Source: Giardia intestinalis
Lineage: Eukaryota
Assembly: GCA_000002435.2 (NCBI GenBank)
Contig: CM018792.1
DNA: 64,000 nt
Reading direction: 5' to 3' (one strand)
Shown here: piece after piece, positions 18,384 to 28,097 of the stretch
Numbering within the stretch: position 1 is the stretch's first letter
How the letters are laid out: each line of letters opens with the position of its first letter
Translations under genes and position numbers: made by a program
The notes under the pieces: model-generated
Database searches by the model: none
What the model saw: only the letters and a program-made list of their open reading frames with translations
Told to the model about the DNA's origin: nothing

Positions 18384-19718
18384 TCATTTTACTGGGCCGC
18401 CACTGAGCAGAGATTGACCCTGTGTAACGTCTCTTTGAAGATTGAATAGTGTTCGCTCCAAAATAGAGACCTTGCGTGTATACTCCCCTATAGCCTTCTG
18501 AAGAGAGTCCTGAGTGGCTATTAAGGAAATAAAGTCTATTGAGGCCGGTCCATCCCCAGAGGCAATTTCATTCTGACGGAGCTTCTTGAGAACTGACCTG
18601 TCTATGCCCAGCTGCTTCTTGCAGTCATTAATCTGAGCGCTTATCTTGTCAATTGCCGTTCGTTTAGCAAATATTTCCTTTTCAATGAACTCCTTTTCTT
18701 CTGTTATTTTATTCAGATCTGATTTGAAGGTGTTTAGTGCCAGCGTGGTATTTCCACTGGTAAGCTTAAGCCGAAGAAGCTCCTGGTTCTTGGCAGCTAT
18801 CTTTTCAAGATATTTGGAGTTCGCAATGGCCAGTTGATCGAAGTCAATGGAGGACATCTGATCTGTTGCTTCAGTCTGCTTTTCGAGCTGCCTCTGGAGC
18901 TTCTTGATTTGCTTGTTGTTCACGTCTATCCGTGCCTTCATATTGTTCATGTCTGTTGTGATTTTCCCTATAACCTCGGAATAGAATGAATTGAGCTTAA
19001 ACGCTGACACCTTGGTGGGGATAGAAAACTGCCTTGCGCCAACCTGGGTGCTGGGCTTCGATGGGGACCCAGAAGGAGACTTAGTCGGGGATGCCGGAGC
19101 AGTGCTCTTTGCTTCTACATCTGGCTCACCTGCCGCTCCTTCTTTGCCTGATGCCTGAGCATGGACACGTACCGGCGACTTTACTCTACCGGGGCTGGGG
19201 GAGCGACTCCGAGTCTTAGGCGACGGGCTCCTACTGGTAATTACGTCTCCAGTATCGTCAACAGTTAGATACACCTGGTCACCGATGGTCAGTGCCGCCT
19301 GGGGGTCGGCCAGAACGTCACGGCGGAAGGCGAAAAGCCACCGCTTTATTTCAGAAAGCTTTGTCTCTGCGGAAATCGTAAAGGCCTTCAGCGTCAATGT
19401 TATCTCTGTACCCTTGTTTCGCATGATCTCTGCATCGCCCTTAAGCTCTTCCGATTCACAGATGGCTATCAAAACTTTCTCTTTCATGGTCAGGGTGTCG
19501 GAATTGTCATCTGCACTCTCTGCCAGCGCGTCCTCTTCGCCATCAAAGTGCAAACTGGACGTGGGATCGAAAATGCTATTCTCTTGATTTTTAAGAAAAG
19601 ACTGGTGGCGCTCAATGAAAGAAACAAGAAGATCATTTTCCTTCATGATCATTTCATTTGCCTGAATCAGCTCGTCTATTTTCTCGGAAAAGTTAATGAC
19701 CTGTGTGCTTCCAAGCAT
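18384..19718 (-). CDS. hypothetical coiled-coil protein with an SR/SP-rich segment (SRSPSPKTRSRSPSPGRVKSPVRV)
   Basis: 444-aa ORF with an ATG start. The C-terminal half is heptad-rich (NKQIKKLQRQLEKQTEATDQ...). Lies head-to-head with the next gene, 52 bp apart. Confidence 0.55.
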   Translation of the reverse strand: MLGSTQVINFSEKIDELIQANEMIMKENDLLVSFIERHQSFLKNQENSIFDPTSSLHFDGEEDALAESADDNSDTLTMKEKVLIAICESEELKGDAEIMRNKGTEITLTLKAFTISAETKLSEIKRWLFAFRRDVLADPQAALTIGDQVYLTVDDTGDVITSRSPSPKTRSRSPSPGRVKSPVRVHAQASGKEGAAGEPDVEAKSTAPASPTKSPSGSPSKPSTQVGARQFSIPTKVSAFKLNSFYSEVIGKITTDMNNMKARIDVNNKQIKKLQRQLEKQTEATDQMSSIDFDQLAIANSKYLEKIAAKNQELLRLKLTSGNTTLALNTFKSDLNKITEEKEFIEKEIFAKRTAIDKISAQINDCKKQLGIDRSVLKKLRQNEIASGDGPASIDFISLIATQDSLQKAIGEYTRKVSILERTLFNLQRDVTQGQSLLSGGPVK

Positions 19719-19770
19719 GGTTTCGGGACAGGCTCCTTTTTAAACTTTGAGGCCAAGTTTTAAATTTCAA

Positions 19771-20565
19771 ATGGTCCAATCCTTTTTCAATGCACCACTT
19801 ATTCTAGAAGGCCCTGCATCTGTTGCGTTTTCTAGCGAATCAGAAGAGTCCTCGAAGCCGGTAGAAGTTACTATTTATAGCGACAGAACAGTAAAGATCT
19901 TCTATAATGCTGACGGAAAGCTAGAGACGCGACAAGCAAAATCTTGCTGCATTTTGAATCAGGAGCCGACCTCACTTACAATATTGGGTATTGAGCAGGG
20001 AGCTCTCGTGCAGTGGTGCTTGATTTGCGCCTCTTTCCATATACTTCAGAACTATAATATGATAGGGGACTTTCTCCCCCGGAGGTCTCGTCGAGAAATC
20101 AATACAGTTAATGATCTGCTGATTAGAGCAGAAGATGGAGTCGAAGAAGAGTCCAACTTGATGGACTTCTTCACCAACACTTACGTGAATACAGATAGAG
20201 ATACTGAAGTAGTTCAGTCAGCAGGTCAAAGGTATACTGAAAATTTATCCCGGGCACAGGACACTCTCCTTGCTGAGATTCATAAGCTGCTGGTTGAGGG
20301 AATGGAGGCTGACGTTGCAATGAAGGACCAGAGACAGCAGAGGCATAACGAGTGGCTTATGCTGCGTGGAAAGATCGAGCAAGCCATCAACCTAGATGGT
20401 CAAGATGATAATGCACCAGCCTCTATCAGACTAGTAGTACCAAACATACAGATGCCCGAAGAGTACAGCCTTCTTAACTCTATTCAGGAGACGCAGGACG
20501 AGGCACTTGACGAATTTATTTCTACCATCAATGGCGAGGAGACCGATAAAACTCCAACTCAATAG
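19771..20565 (+). CDS. hypothetical protein (264 aa)
   Basis: ORF-track start at 19747 is a TTG; the first ATG is at 19771. Its 3' end overlaps the convergent LisH gene by 38 bp. Confidence 0.45.
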   Translation: MVQSFFNAPLILEGPASVAFSSESEESSKPVEVTIYSDRTVKIFYNADGKLETRQAKSCCILNQEPTSLTILGIEQGALVQWCLICASFHILQNYNMIGDFLPRRSRREINTVNDLLIRAEDGVEEESNLMDFFTNTYVNTDRDTEVVQSAGQRYTENLSRAQDTLLAEIHKLLVEGMEADVAMKDQRQQRHNEWLMLRGKIEQAINLDGQDDNAPASIRLVVPNIQMPEEYSLLNSIQETQDEALDEFISTINGEETDKTPTQ

Positions 20566-22246
20566 CATCACAGTCGCTCACAGAGAGATATAATCTCTTG
20601 GTGCCATTACTGCTGTCTCTTCCGATGAACTTCCTCGCTGGACTATCTCCCTTGTATATCAGTGTTGTCTTCAGTACCCTTGTGGCGTGATTGAGGGCTA
20701 CCTTCACACACCATATCTTTGTGCTGGCACCATCACACACAAGTACTGCCAGTCCGCTTGAGCAAACAAATGCCAAATCAGCTATAGAACAGTCAGTCTG
20801 TGACCAGTCTATCTGCTCACCGTGGAGCCCTTGCAACTCCGCAATGGACAGGGTGAACATAGGGAGGCCTGTTTCAACGGATAAAATGATTATCTTGTTT
20901 GCGGAGCACACCGCAACTGCGCACCGTTCAGTCCATATTCCTACCTCCACTGTTGTGATGGCAGGGTCTAGCTTTTCACAGTATGCCCATGAGTTATACT
21001 GTCTTTCGACTTCCGTGCACAAGGGGCCGTACAACAGGTACCTATAGTTTATCATTGCTATGCCATGACTCGTTAAGCACGCAACGTACGGCAATGAGTC
21101 GATAAATGCAATCGTGTATACTGTAAGAAATACTTGCGGTGTGCTCAGCCCCAAGAACTCCGGCAGATTAATATATCGAGGCGTGAGCGCACCCGCTTCT
21201 TCGTTGTCCACAAAGGGGACATAGAGGTGCAAGATTCCAAGGGGTGAGTATAGTGCGAGAACTTCGTTTTGTGACACATAAAAGTATGAAGACAGTCCTG
21301 AACATGTCCCTGCGCTCTGGAAGACGCAAGATGCCCATCCTCTTTCTCGAGAGGTGGTAGACCTTGCTGCGTCTCCATACCTGCGACTGTGGTAGTGCTC
21401 AACAATGGCCTCTGGCACAGGGTGTACTGTGAGGTTTATCAGTGATTTGGACCGATTACTCAAGGGCCTTGGTATCATGATTGCATTGTTTTGCTTATCA
21501 CATATACATGTAATCCACTTGCTCCCCATACTGATGGACTTGGTAGGATACGAGAGGCTGTATCTGTACAAGACATAAAGGGAGACAGTGTTGAAGACAA
21601 TGAAATGGTGCAATGAATCAGGATCACTAGCACCACCTTCGTTTTTAGTTTCTGATTCCGTTGTCGGTAGCTTGGCGACAAGGCTAAATGTGAGACCATC
21701 GGGGCAGACAAAGGCTTGCGCTGCTAGATCCTCTGTTACATCAAGTGCGCGACCTGCTAGTTCGGCTTTCGTTTGCGCATCTATCAAATGGAGGCTATGG
21801 CGAAATATGACGACAAGTCGTGCTGAGAGCGCAGGTTCCTTTGAGGGGCCAAATCGCAGGATCCGTAACGGGTAGCCGTCGTTATTTGGCATGTGGCTTA
21901 TGTAGTAGTTGAGTGGATATCGTGTTAATCGAACGCCCTCCGTGCAACTCAAGCTTTGCTCCTTTCCCAAAGTTGCGGTTGACGAAACTGTGATGGCCTT
22001 GTTGTCATAGTCTTGCTTGGTGGCAGGATCGAAGATGGACACATGCGAATCCAAACAGAGTGATTCTAATTGCGCGTATGCAAGCCCCTTTCCAACGAGG
22101 ATTCGAAGCAAGCCGGGATCTACCATGTCCAGGGTAGGATCATTAAGCTTTATCATGGCCTCGCACGAAAGAGCTGCTGCGCTGTGTAGATACCCACACT
22201 CCCTCAGATAATTGTAAACAAGGCAGGGGATGTCAGAAGGATTCAT
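20528..22246 (-). CDS. LisH-motif protein (572 aa), probable beta-propeller body
   Basis: N-terminal SDIPCLVYNYLRECGYLHSAAALSCEA fits the LisH consensus (L..LIyeYL...Gy..tA..f..E). The remainder is mostly beta-rich sequence with no clear WD signature that I can verify by eye. Confidence 0.45.
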   Translation of the reverse strand: MNPSDIPCLVYNYLRECGYLHSAAALSCEAMIKLNDPTLDMVDPGLLRILVGKGLAYAQLESLCLDSHVSIFDPATKQDYDNKAITVSSTATLGKEQSLSCTEGVRLTRYPLNYYISHMPNNDGYPLRILRFGPSKEPALSARLVVIFRHSLHLIDAQTKAELAGRALDVTEDLAAQAFVCPDGLTFSLVAKLPTTESETKNEGGASDPDSLHHFIVFNTVSLYVLYRYSLSYPTKSISMGSKWITCICDKQNNAIMIPRPLSNRSKSLINLTVHPVPEAIVEHYHSRRYGDAARSTTSRERGWASCVFQSAGTCSGLSSYFYVSQNEVLALYSPLGILHLYVPFVDNEEAGALTPRYINLPEFLGLSTPQVFLTVYTIAFIDSLPYVACLTSHGIAMINYRYLLYGPLCTEVERQYNSWAYCEKLDPAITTVEVGIWTERCAVAVCSANKIIILSVETGLPMFTLSIAELQGLHGEQIDWSQTDCSIADLAFVCSSGLAVLVCDGASTKIWCVKVALNHATRVLKTTLIYKGDSPARKFIGRDSSNGTKRLYLSVSDCDAIELEFYRSPRH

Positions 22247-22406
22247 TTTTAACGTGAATAAGAAGGAATTTGATGGAGTTTAGCTGCCACATTAGGAGAA
22301 TCTGTACAGGGGCTAGACTAGGTGACTCCGCAGGCAGAGTTTTATGGACAAATCTTTCGTTCATCTCTCAAAGGCTCGCAATACTTAAAGATTTGAATTT
22401 AAAAAG

Positions 22407-23171
22407 ATGGACAGAGATCTGAGGTCTCGCAAAACACCCAGAGCAGATATTGGTAGCACCGTCACAGCTGTTCTGGACACACGACCGCAGTTTGAAAGTG
22501 TAGAGGGTGCTGAGGCAACAGTCTTAGTGGATGGGACGCGGCGTAGATTAAATAGTCGCCAGTCTTCTGCGGGCCCGGCTATCCTGCACCAGCGAGGGAA
22601 GAAGTCTGAAGGAAACTCCCCCATACAGTTCCACGACGGCTATTTGAATCACCCTGGTCTTTTTTCCGTAGAATTAGGCTTTTCCACGGCCTCAATTAAC
22701 TACGAGGGTCATCCAAGCGCAGATGTGGTTGTACCTCATCGTTATAGAAATAACTACGAGCTCACAGATGCTGAGGATGCACAGCTGATCACGATGATGG
22801 AGCGGGAGTTTCCAGAATATCAGGGCAAGCTGACCAAATCCATCTCTGCATCCTATGACTCTGAGACATTCCTCAGTCAAAACTGCAGCAGTATATTCAA
22901 CGAGGCTCTCAGGCCGTCTATTGACATACACTCCGTCTGTGAGCCTTTAGACAGCATATCTCTGTCGAGCTCCATGAACTCTATGTTCCACGTAGTCTCT
23001 CAAGACCACACAAGGGCCTGTAATAGCTCCATTGGAGATGACAGCCTGTTGCGGGACCATCGGGGACCTGCTGCACGCAGCACCACTATACTATACAATG
23101 GAACACGCCAAAAGAGCCAGCAATCTGCCACAGCGTCAAGGCAACACAAGTCTGCTAAGATCTTGCAGTAA
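22407..23171 (+). CDS. hypothetical Ser-rich protein (254 aa)
   Basis: ORF with an ATG in an AAAAAGATG context. Divergent from the LisH gene, 160 bp apart. Confidence 0.4.
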   Translation: MDRDLRSRKTPRADIGSTVTAVLDTRPQFESVEGAEATVLVDGTRRRLNSRQSSAGPAILHQRGKKSEGNSPIQFHDGYLNHPGLFSVELGFSTASINYEGHPSADVVVPHRYRNNYELTDAEDAQLITMMEREFPEYQGKLTKSISASYDSETFLSQNCSSIFNEALRPSIDIHSVCEPLDSISLSSSMNSMFHVVSQDHTRACNSSIGDDSLLRDHRGPAARSTTILYNGTRQKSQQSATASRQHKSAKILQ

Positions 23172-23304
23172 ATTTGTCTGTGGTGCAGCATGCGCTTACA
23201 GACTAAAGTACAGGCCTCCTCAGTCCCGCTTGTAAGAGAGCAAAATGTTTAGACAACCCTGACTTCGGATTGTTGCTAAACCTATCAATAATAAATAAAT
23301 TAAT

Positions 23305-25803
23305 TTAACTATAAATCGTCTTGAGTACAAATAAGGCACGTAGGGCTTGAAAGGCCCGTTTGCCTAGAGACTGGAAGCTGAAGATGTTCCCACGCCGTAT
23401 TGCAGTGCTGAGAAGTTCTGTAATCTGAACTCGATTGATATCTTCGCGGTTCTTCACAAAGGACGTGCGAGTCCTCTGCAGACATGCCTGGATAGAAAGC
23501 GCCGGAAGTCTAAGCAGCCTTTGTAGCTCCTCCCCAATTCGGGGCCGGTACCCATCTGATCCCTCGGTTAGCATGTCCAATTGTTCTGCAATATGCTGCT
23601 GGCTAAATACGTTCACCCTTTGTATGAGACTCTCAACGGTTCTTCCTCCCATAGAGATTGGCACACATGCCTCTTCAACAGGGACATGTTGACTAAACAA
23701 CTTTATCACGGCGTCCCATCTGGATGTAAGCTTTGCGAACATAGATTTCAGTAAGCCATTGCTGCTCGAACCTGGGGAGGCCCTCTGTTGTAACTTCCTC
23801 AAAAGAAGCTCCCTTCTAAACCACAGCCTGCGATTCAGCACAGGCCTCAGCTGCACAAGCTCACGCAGAAAGGTGTGTGCTTGGTGATCAGTTGGAAAAT
23901 AGGTGGGAAAGCATGCCTGGCCGTTGTATGCGACAATCTTATCCCAGTTCTGCTTAACAGCAATCTCGTGCGCATGCAATATAAACTCCTCGTGATTCTT
24001 AACTTGTGATGCTGCAGTGCCAGGGTGGACAACCAAGCCATTAAATGAGAGGTACAGACGAAATCTGTCTATCAACTTGTGGATCGAGACTGTGTGAAAC
24101 TCATGAGCTGGATCATCCAACGGAGCAAAGTACTTCAAATACAGCAGTAGCTCCAAAGTGTGAACATATCCAAATGAAGGAATACCATCACAAAAGTCGC
24201 ATCCCATAATTAGTGCAAGGAAGATAATATCATCGCTTGAAAAATACAAAGAGATATCTCGCTGACGTATGGATTGGAAGCCAGAGACGTCATGGATGCT
24301 GGACAGTCTTCCAAAGAGGCGCAGCACCAGAACAGGGCGGTAGGCTATGACATCCGAGTCTTCTGTCAACACAGCTGCCACATAACCATGAGAGTTTAAA
24401 AGGGCACATACATGTTCAGCCTCATAGCCAGGCTTGCACTTGATGCATGGAACCTTGAACAAGTTAGCTATTTGTAAGACCTCTGCTATCACCCTTTCGG
24501 TTAAAGGCTTGTATACAGAAGAGGAGTCAGTATTGCCCGCAAGCCTCTTGTGCATTTTATATACGCCTACCTTGAATACGCCCACCTCGGGAAATTCAGT
24601 AGATTGGTTGACAAACGAGGAAAATGTTGTCCCCACAGCAGTACTAGAATTCATAAGTTTCTTCATGTAAGATTGATTGTTCGTGGAACGATTCCACGTA
24701 GCGCTGGCATCCATCTCTTGAGCTGCAGGTGAACCACTAAGCTCTTCTCTCCAGCCAGGCCCAGGAGGTGACGATGGTGCTACAAAAGAAGGGGCCGGGT
24801 GTGAAGCTTCAGTTGTCGAAGGATCTCTGTCAGAGATGGAATAGGGTAGGGTAGAGAAGTACTCTTCAGCGTCTCTTGATGCACTGAATATACTACGCTG
24901 CATTGGCGACACGTCTGCCTTGCTGGTTGGTGTCTGCTTAACTGATCTATGTGGAGACATGGCTGTAAGTAAAGCTAAGCGCGCTGCATCCCTTTGCTGT
25001 CTAATAGCTGTAAAGACCTGTTCATTCATCTGAGACACTGCAAGACGTCTTTGCAGTTGCCAACTTGCGTACTCTTCCAACTGTGCAGAGACGGCGTCAG
25101 AGTTAAAGCGGAGCTTATGTGATAGCAAGTGCTTTGTTCCTTCATAGTTATAGTCAGCCCTAAACTCTAGTGAGTCAGAAACATATGAATCCTCTTTCTC
25201 TTTTTCTTCAGAGGCAGCATTTATACCAGCGAAGTGTGAGGCGGTAGAAGAGGGCTCCGGTTGGTCAAAATTTATAGGGGTAATCTCAGGGCATGCAGTG
25301 CACCTCATGAAGGAAGTGACTGCCCCCCTACTACTATCTGACCAATGCTCAGGAACAAACGAATCCGATACAGTTTTCGAAGTCATCTCTTGAAGGGTAT
25401 TTTGCTCATGGGATGCTGAAAAGTGTGCCATAATGTCGTCAAGCGCTTCCGTCTCAAGTCGTCGATATTCGTCAGCATCAATCGCGTCTGCTTCACCTTT
25501 AGTGCTTCTGATCAAACTGGCTTCGGCGCTTCGACGCCTCTCCAGTTCCTCGGTCTTCAACCAGTGCGGGGCCCCAGAATCAAACACAAAGACAGGCATC
25601 AAGCCCAGTGACAGTATGCGTGTGATAATTAGAAAGGTTGCGCGGACATGGTAGTTCTTACGCTCTTCATCTGAGCTGGTATAGTAGTAAGAGTACAACA
25701 AGCCAGAAATATCTACCGAGACCGTCTTCTTGTTGAGATAGTCGGCGCGGTTTAAGCCCTTTGACATCTGACTCAGAATGTTCCAGAGGCCAGCTATGCC
25801 CAT
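23305..25803 (-). CDS. XPG/Rad2-family structure-specific endonuclease (ERCC5-like)
   Basis: N-terminal XPG-N domain MGIAGLWNILSQ...KTVSVDISGLLY...LGLMPVFVFDSGAPHWLKTEELERRRS. XPG-I domain PGYEAEHVCALLNSHGYVAAVLTEDSDVIAY sits ~380 aa downstream. A long spacer between N and I is the XPG/Rad2 hallmark (FEN1, EXO1 and GEN1 have them adjacent). Real start is the second Met (ATG 25801-25803); the first codon in the track is a GTG. Confidence 0.7.
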   Translation of the reverse strand: MGIAGLWNILSQMSKGLNRADYLNKKTVSVDISGLLYSYYYTSSDEERKNYHVRATFLIITRILSLGLMPVFVFDSGAPHWLKTEELERRRSAEASLIRSTKGEADAIDADEYRRLETEALDDIMAHFSASHEQNTLQEMTSKTVSDSFVPEHWSDSSRGAVTSFMRCTACPEITPINFDQPEPSSTASHFAGINAASEEKEKEDSYVSDSLEFRADYNYEGTKHLLSHKLRFNSDAVSAQLEEYASWQLQRRLAVSQMNEQVFTAIRQQRDAARLALLTAMSPHRSVKQTPTSKADVSPMQRSIFSASRDAEEYFSTLPYSISDRDPSTTEASHPAPSFVAPSSPPGPGWREELSGSPAAQEMDASATWNRSTNNQSYMKKLMNSSTAVGTTFSSFVNQSTEFPEVGVFKVGVYKMHKRLAGNTDSSSVYKPLTERVIAEVLQIANLFKVPCIKCKPGYEAEHVCALLNSHGYVAAVLTEDSDVIAYRPVLVLRLFGRLSSIHDVSGFQSIRQRDISLYFSSDDIIFLALIMGCDFCDGIPSFGYVHTLELLLYLKYFAPLDDPAHEFHTVSIHKLIDRFRLYLSFNGLVVHPGTAASQVKNHEEFILHAHEIAVKQNWDKIVAYNGQACFPTYFPTDHQAHTFLRELVQLRPVLNRRLWFRRELLLRKLQQRASPGSSSNGLLKSMFAKLTSRWDAVIKLFSQHVPVEEACVPISMGGRTVESLIQRVNVFSQQHIAEQLDMLTEGSDGYRPRIGEELQRLLRLPALSIQACLQRTRTSFVKNREDINRVQITELLSTAIRRGNIFSFQSLGKRAFQALRALFVLKTIYS

Positions 25804-26339
25804 CACTCACTGCGTGCCTTTATTTCCTGCGAAAGGGTTTTAAATGATTTCTCCTGCCAATGCCGGAGCTGAGGCACACACACTTTGAGAGCTCATTTCC
25901 AACCTGTAAAATAAGTAGTACAAACATTACAGTTTATAATGCTCACAACCGAACCATAAAACCGAGTGCACCCCCAGACCTGGCTTCAGTGAAAACAATA
26001 GTATCCAATTAATTTACGCCCAAGGAATCCTTTGGGAGCTGAAGCCGTCTTCATAAGAAGAAGAGAAGAAATAAACGTAGAAATATCGACAACAGCGATG
26101 TACTAAGATCTAACTGTGACATGACAGGGGCGACGTTGCATCCTTAAGTAAGGCATTAAATCTAAAATATTTCCTACAAAACATAGCACTAAGAAGTCAC
26201 AGTACAAGAATTTCTAAAAGTAAGTCTCGGTAAGACTAAAAGTCTTAAAAAGCAGAGTTTCTAATTATACAAGGAGGGCTCAGGCCAAGCAACCACACCT
26301 GAGACCTGAGATTCAATGAAATCAATGGAGTACCAGTGG

Positions 26340-28046
26340 TCACATGAATCTGTGGGGCCCATTAATAAGCTCAAGCCATATGCAGAAGTTACGCTTCAAC
26401 TCATTGTAGTTCATATCGGGGCGAAGAAAGACGAAGATGCATGCCACAAGGTAGTGCACTTTATTTTTCTTTGTAGCGATCATATTGCAAAGCTCCCCTC
26501 TCTGGGTTATGGGGACATTGACGTGTTGCATAGTGGAGACACACAGCTCTAAAGTATCGAGCCAGTAAGAGAAAGAGTAGTCTTTGATATCGAACTTGAA
26601 ATCCATCTTGAGGTACTTGTGGAACCTCGAACGCAGACTGGAGAGGGTGCGGTTATTATAGATCAGAAGAGAATAGTAATAGTAGATGATGTGCCAATTG
26701 AGATCAATGGTATTATAATCTCCAACGTAGTAAAAGATGGCTGCCAGGATAATATTATCATCCTGCTCTGTGAATGCTTTCGGGGCCTTAGGACTATCTT
26801 CGTAGATAGTGGCCCGGAACGCGGGTCTGGGCCTACGTCTGTCAAAGGTGGAGCTGGCCAACCCAATGCAGCTGAATTTATATTGTGCATTGGAGTGGGG
26901 AGCAAAGTGCGACGCCGACTCATTCATGTAAGTTTTCGGGGCACTCTGCACGGTGTAGTTGATGTCTGTATCTACTACAATCGGAGTATCCTGCACTGCA
27001 TAGTTCCCACCCGTGGCATGCATGCTCGGCCAGGTTCTGCTGTGATGAGGGTGGGAGCAGTGGAAAGAGGATGACATGGAGTGGGACGCGTGCTCAGAGG
27101 TAGAGGAGTTGTCATGGACGGACTGTGCATACTTCTGCCGCTGGTGGGGCTCCTGGATGTACATAGACCCTCCACCAGCATCACTGTTGATCAGACTATC
27201 CATGGGATCAGGAGCGCAGCCAACGCTCTGGGCAGGCATATCATTGACCATGTTTGATGTACTGCTATCCCGTGCTCCTACGGCTCTACCAGATTGAGAA
27301 TCAAGCAGGAAATCAACCTGAGTGCCTACTCTGATACCAGCCGGTGGCTTTTCCTCAGAAGGAAACTCTTGGGACAAGAGCTGCATCAATGCGTCCCGTT
27401 CGGTCTTCGAAAGGGTCCTAATCATCCGCCTAAGATCGTCACGGCCTATATTTTCCCCCTTAGGGACAGAGGGCTTCTTACACTCAATTGGCTGTGTGTG
27501 TACCTTCACTCTTCGTTGCTCACCATAGGACTCCCCACCTTGATGGGGACTCGCCTGGACTGTGGGTAATGGCCGCTCATAAGCGTCGGCCACCTCTGAC
27601 TGCGGCGGCCGAGGATGAGGAGAAGGAGGAACGGGAAACTCCTCTAATGCTAGTGCAGTCGCCGGAGGTTCTTCGGAAATGAAGGGTATGATCTTCGCGG
27701 AAGCAGTAGGCAGGTGCGTATTATGACCTATAGAGTTGATAGGTTTTGATGGGAGAATTGTTTGTTCGGGCGGAAAAAACCGAAAACGCATGTCATTGGA
27801 TATCAAGACCCTTGCTGGAGTGAAGATGTAAGGCGTGGCTGTCCCTGATATCATATCGGACCCATCGTACAAGTAAACAGGGTCGGCGAACGGATCCAAC
27901 CTCGACATAGTCTCCCGAGCAGACTCGCTGCTCTGTTGGTCTGTAAAGCTGGGGAGGGTATCAGTGATTATCTTAAGATTTCGGTGTCGAAAACCTGCGC
28001 CCTGGCCCGCGAGTCTGGGAGAGGCTACCAATTCCCCGTGTGACAT
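26340..28046 (-). CDS. hypothetical protein (568 aa) with a possible C-terminal Myb/SANT-like motif
   Basis: Long ORF with an ATG start; Pro/Ser/His-rich middle. C-terminal FTEQDDNIILAAIFYYVGDYN...NRTLSSLRSRFHKYL loosely fits the Myb/SANT pattern (aromatic-TEEED..L...G..., NRT..Q.R.R...L) but carries an insertion. Weak. Confidence 0.4.
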   Translation of the reverse strand: MSHGELVASPRLAGQGAGFRHRNLKIITDTLPSFTDQQSSESARETMSRLDPFADPVYLYDGSDMISGTATPYIFTPARVLISNDMRFRFFPPEQTILPSKPINSIGHNTHLPTASAKIIPFISEEPPATALALEEFPVPPSPHPRPPQSEVADAYERPLPTVQASPHQGGESYGEQRRVKVHTQPIECKKPSVPKGENIGRDDLRRMIRTLSKTERDALMQLLSQEFPSEEKPPAGIRVGTQVDFLLDSQSGRAVGARDSSTSNMVNDMPAQSVGCAPDPMDSLINSDAGGGSMYIQEPHQRQKYAQSVHDNSSTSEHASHSMSSSFHCSHPHHSRTWPSMHATGGNYAVQDTPIVVDTDINYTVQSAPKTYMNESASHFAPHSNAQYKFSCIGLASSTFDRRRPRPAFRATIYEDSPKAPKAFTEQDDNIILAAIFYYVGDYNTIDLNWHIIYYYYSLLIYNNRTLSSLRSRFHKYLKMDFKFDIKDYSFSYWLDTLELCVSTMQHVNVPITQRGELCNMIATKKNKVHYLVACIFVFLRPDMNYNELKRNFCIWLELINGPHRFM

Positions 28047-28097
28047 GTCGCGTGATTTTTTTGAACTGGAATGTGTTGATAATTTAAAAGTGGGTTT

